Source: Pelagomonas calceolata | Taxonomy: Eukaryota | Reading direction: 5' to 3' | DNA length: 64,000 nt | NCBI GenBank assembly: GCA_918797485.1 | Contig: CAKKNE010000004.1 | Location: forward strand, 310,001-374,000 | Part shown: positions 62,759-64,000 of the stretch, in pieces | Layout of the letters: each line of letters opens with the position of its first letter | Numbering within the stretch: the stretch's first letter is position 1 | Program-made: the position numbers and the translations under genes | The notes under the pieces: generated by a model | Database searches by the model: none | What the model was told of the DNA's origin: nothing | What the model saw: the letters and a program-made list of their open reading frames with translations, nothing else

Positions 62759-63529
62759 GCTCTGCCTCTGACCTGCGTGGGTGCCGTTCATGCCTCTCGT
62801 GGCGTTTTGCGCGAAGTGTGTTTCTCTCGCCAAGGAGCGAGCGCCGACCGTCCGCGGCCGCTGGCTGCCGCGGTTGACCGCGGCGGCAGCGTCGGACGGC
62901 CCCCGAGCCAGCGCACGCATGTGTCTCGCCGGAGTGAGATGTGGCTCGGCGGCAGCTGTTCGCCGCCCGCCGCGCCCGCGAGCCCCTAAGCGGCTGCGGC
63001 TGCACTGTTCCGCGCTCCGCCGCGCGGCGGCACTGGAATGAGCCAACGGCGCACGGTAACGCGTCGATCGGAATAGACTTGACGTCAAATCCGCCGTGCG
63101 AACCCAGCTCGATCCAGTGCTCGCCGTGCGCGCGTCGTGGAGCAGCGCCGTCGCGCCAGGCTCAAGAGGTGGTCACGTAGGGCACGCATGTGTATCAACT
63201 CGGCCATTTAACGCGTTCTACGCCGGTTGTGGACCGAAAAAAGGCTAAGCTGCAGTCGATCCAAAACCCGTCTCGACTCCATTTGCCCAAAAAAAAGCTG
63301 CGTGCTGACGCTCTTCCGGCGACGCTCGACGCCTGCTACGCGTCCGCAGGCCCGCGCGGCGTAGACGCTGAAAACCCGCGGCTTGGCTGCGAGCTTGCTG
63401 CGGAGCGGCCTGTGTTCTCGCCACTGCCACGATATCTGCATCGATTACGCTGCGTAAGATACGTCCGCTATCCCCTTACTGCAGCCCTTGCAGCGCTGCA
63501 GCTCGCTGCACCGCACAGCTTCAAAAACA

Positions 63530-63956
63530 ATGAGGCGCTCTCCCTTGCTGGCTCTCGCGGCGCTGAGCACCGCTTTCGTTCTGCCACAACAACCACGCCT
63601 TGCCGTCCGCGTCCGCGCGGACGAGATCGAAGCGGCAGAAGACGCCGCCGACGCGGAGCCGCGCACCGCGCCGGAGGTGAACAGCGGCGCCGAGGCCGTC
63701 GCGCTCCGTGCAGGAATCAAAGCGTCGCGGCGCGTCTCCCACGCCATCGCCGCGACCGGTTGATGGCGCGCAGGTCGAGCTCCTCTTCAAGGACCCCGAG
63801 GGCTACAAGCTCGCGCGGGACGAGTACAACAAGAAGATGAAGGAGGAGATCATGGAGGAGGGCGCCCCCGACAGGGCCTTCCTGCTCCAGGCGGCCGCCG
63901 TCGGGCTCGGGAGCTTCCTCTTCGGCTTGTACGGCCCGAAGCGAAAGGATGACTAA
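63530..63956 (+). CDS. Small plastid-targeted membrane protein; exons 63530-63697, 63774-63956
   Basis: Signal peptide ending STA-FVLP; splice GAEA|VELLF; C-terminal TM. Confidence 0.7.
63698..63773 (+). mobile_element. Introner element
   Basis: TSD GTCGCGCT / GTCGAGCT; decayed TIR CCGTGCAGGAATCAA / TTGATGGCGCGCAG. Confidence 0.85.
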
Positions 63957-64000
63957 GAAATTAGGAGAGCGCCTCGAAGGCCCGCTTGAGGCGCTCGAGG

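Overview
GC-rich, gene-dense eukaryotic nuclear DNA from a photosynthetic stramenopile, most likely a pelagophyte (Pelagomonas/Aureococcus-like). This is inferred from a fucoxanthin-chlorophyll LHC gene, ASAFAP-type bipartite plastid presequences, flagellar genes and TIR-bounded introner introns. About 38 protein genes are supported, including myosin-PH-ankyrin, three tandem 8-TM paralogues, SYS1, PabAB, an atypical MAPK, PP4c, cyclophilin, two GT32s, FIGNL1, GABA-T, Hsp33, CCDC81, ZnT9, AspAT and LHC. I reconstructed 14 GT-AG introns by hand, each restoring the reading frame: 10 are clear introner elements, and all 14 retain traces of the same architecture. Highlights: (1) a 2208-aa N-myristoylated NACHT/STAND protein with a RelA/SpoT-like nucleotidyltransferase inserted inside the NACHT module, followed by high-identity WD40 and ankyrin arrays, a candidate algal immune receptor that makes a nucleotide signal; (2) a PUB-domain gene whose spliced last exon ends GG-UGA-P-C-UAG and is followed by a SECIS-like hairpin, a candidate new selenoprotein; (3) a repeat always found in sense orientation just 3' of stop codons; (4) a conserved CTAG-based motif in mostly divergent promoters. 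No rRNA, tRNA or CRISPR array was seen. All family calls are by motif recognition, not database search.
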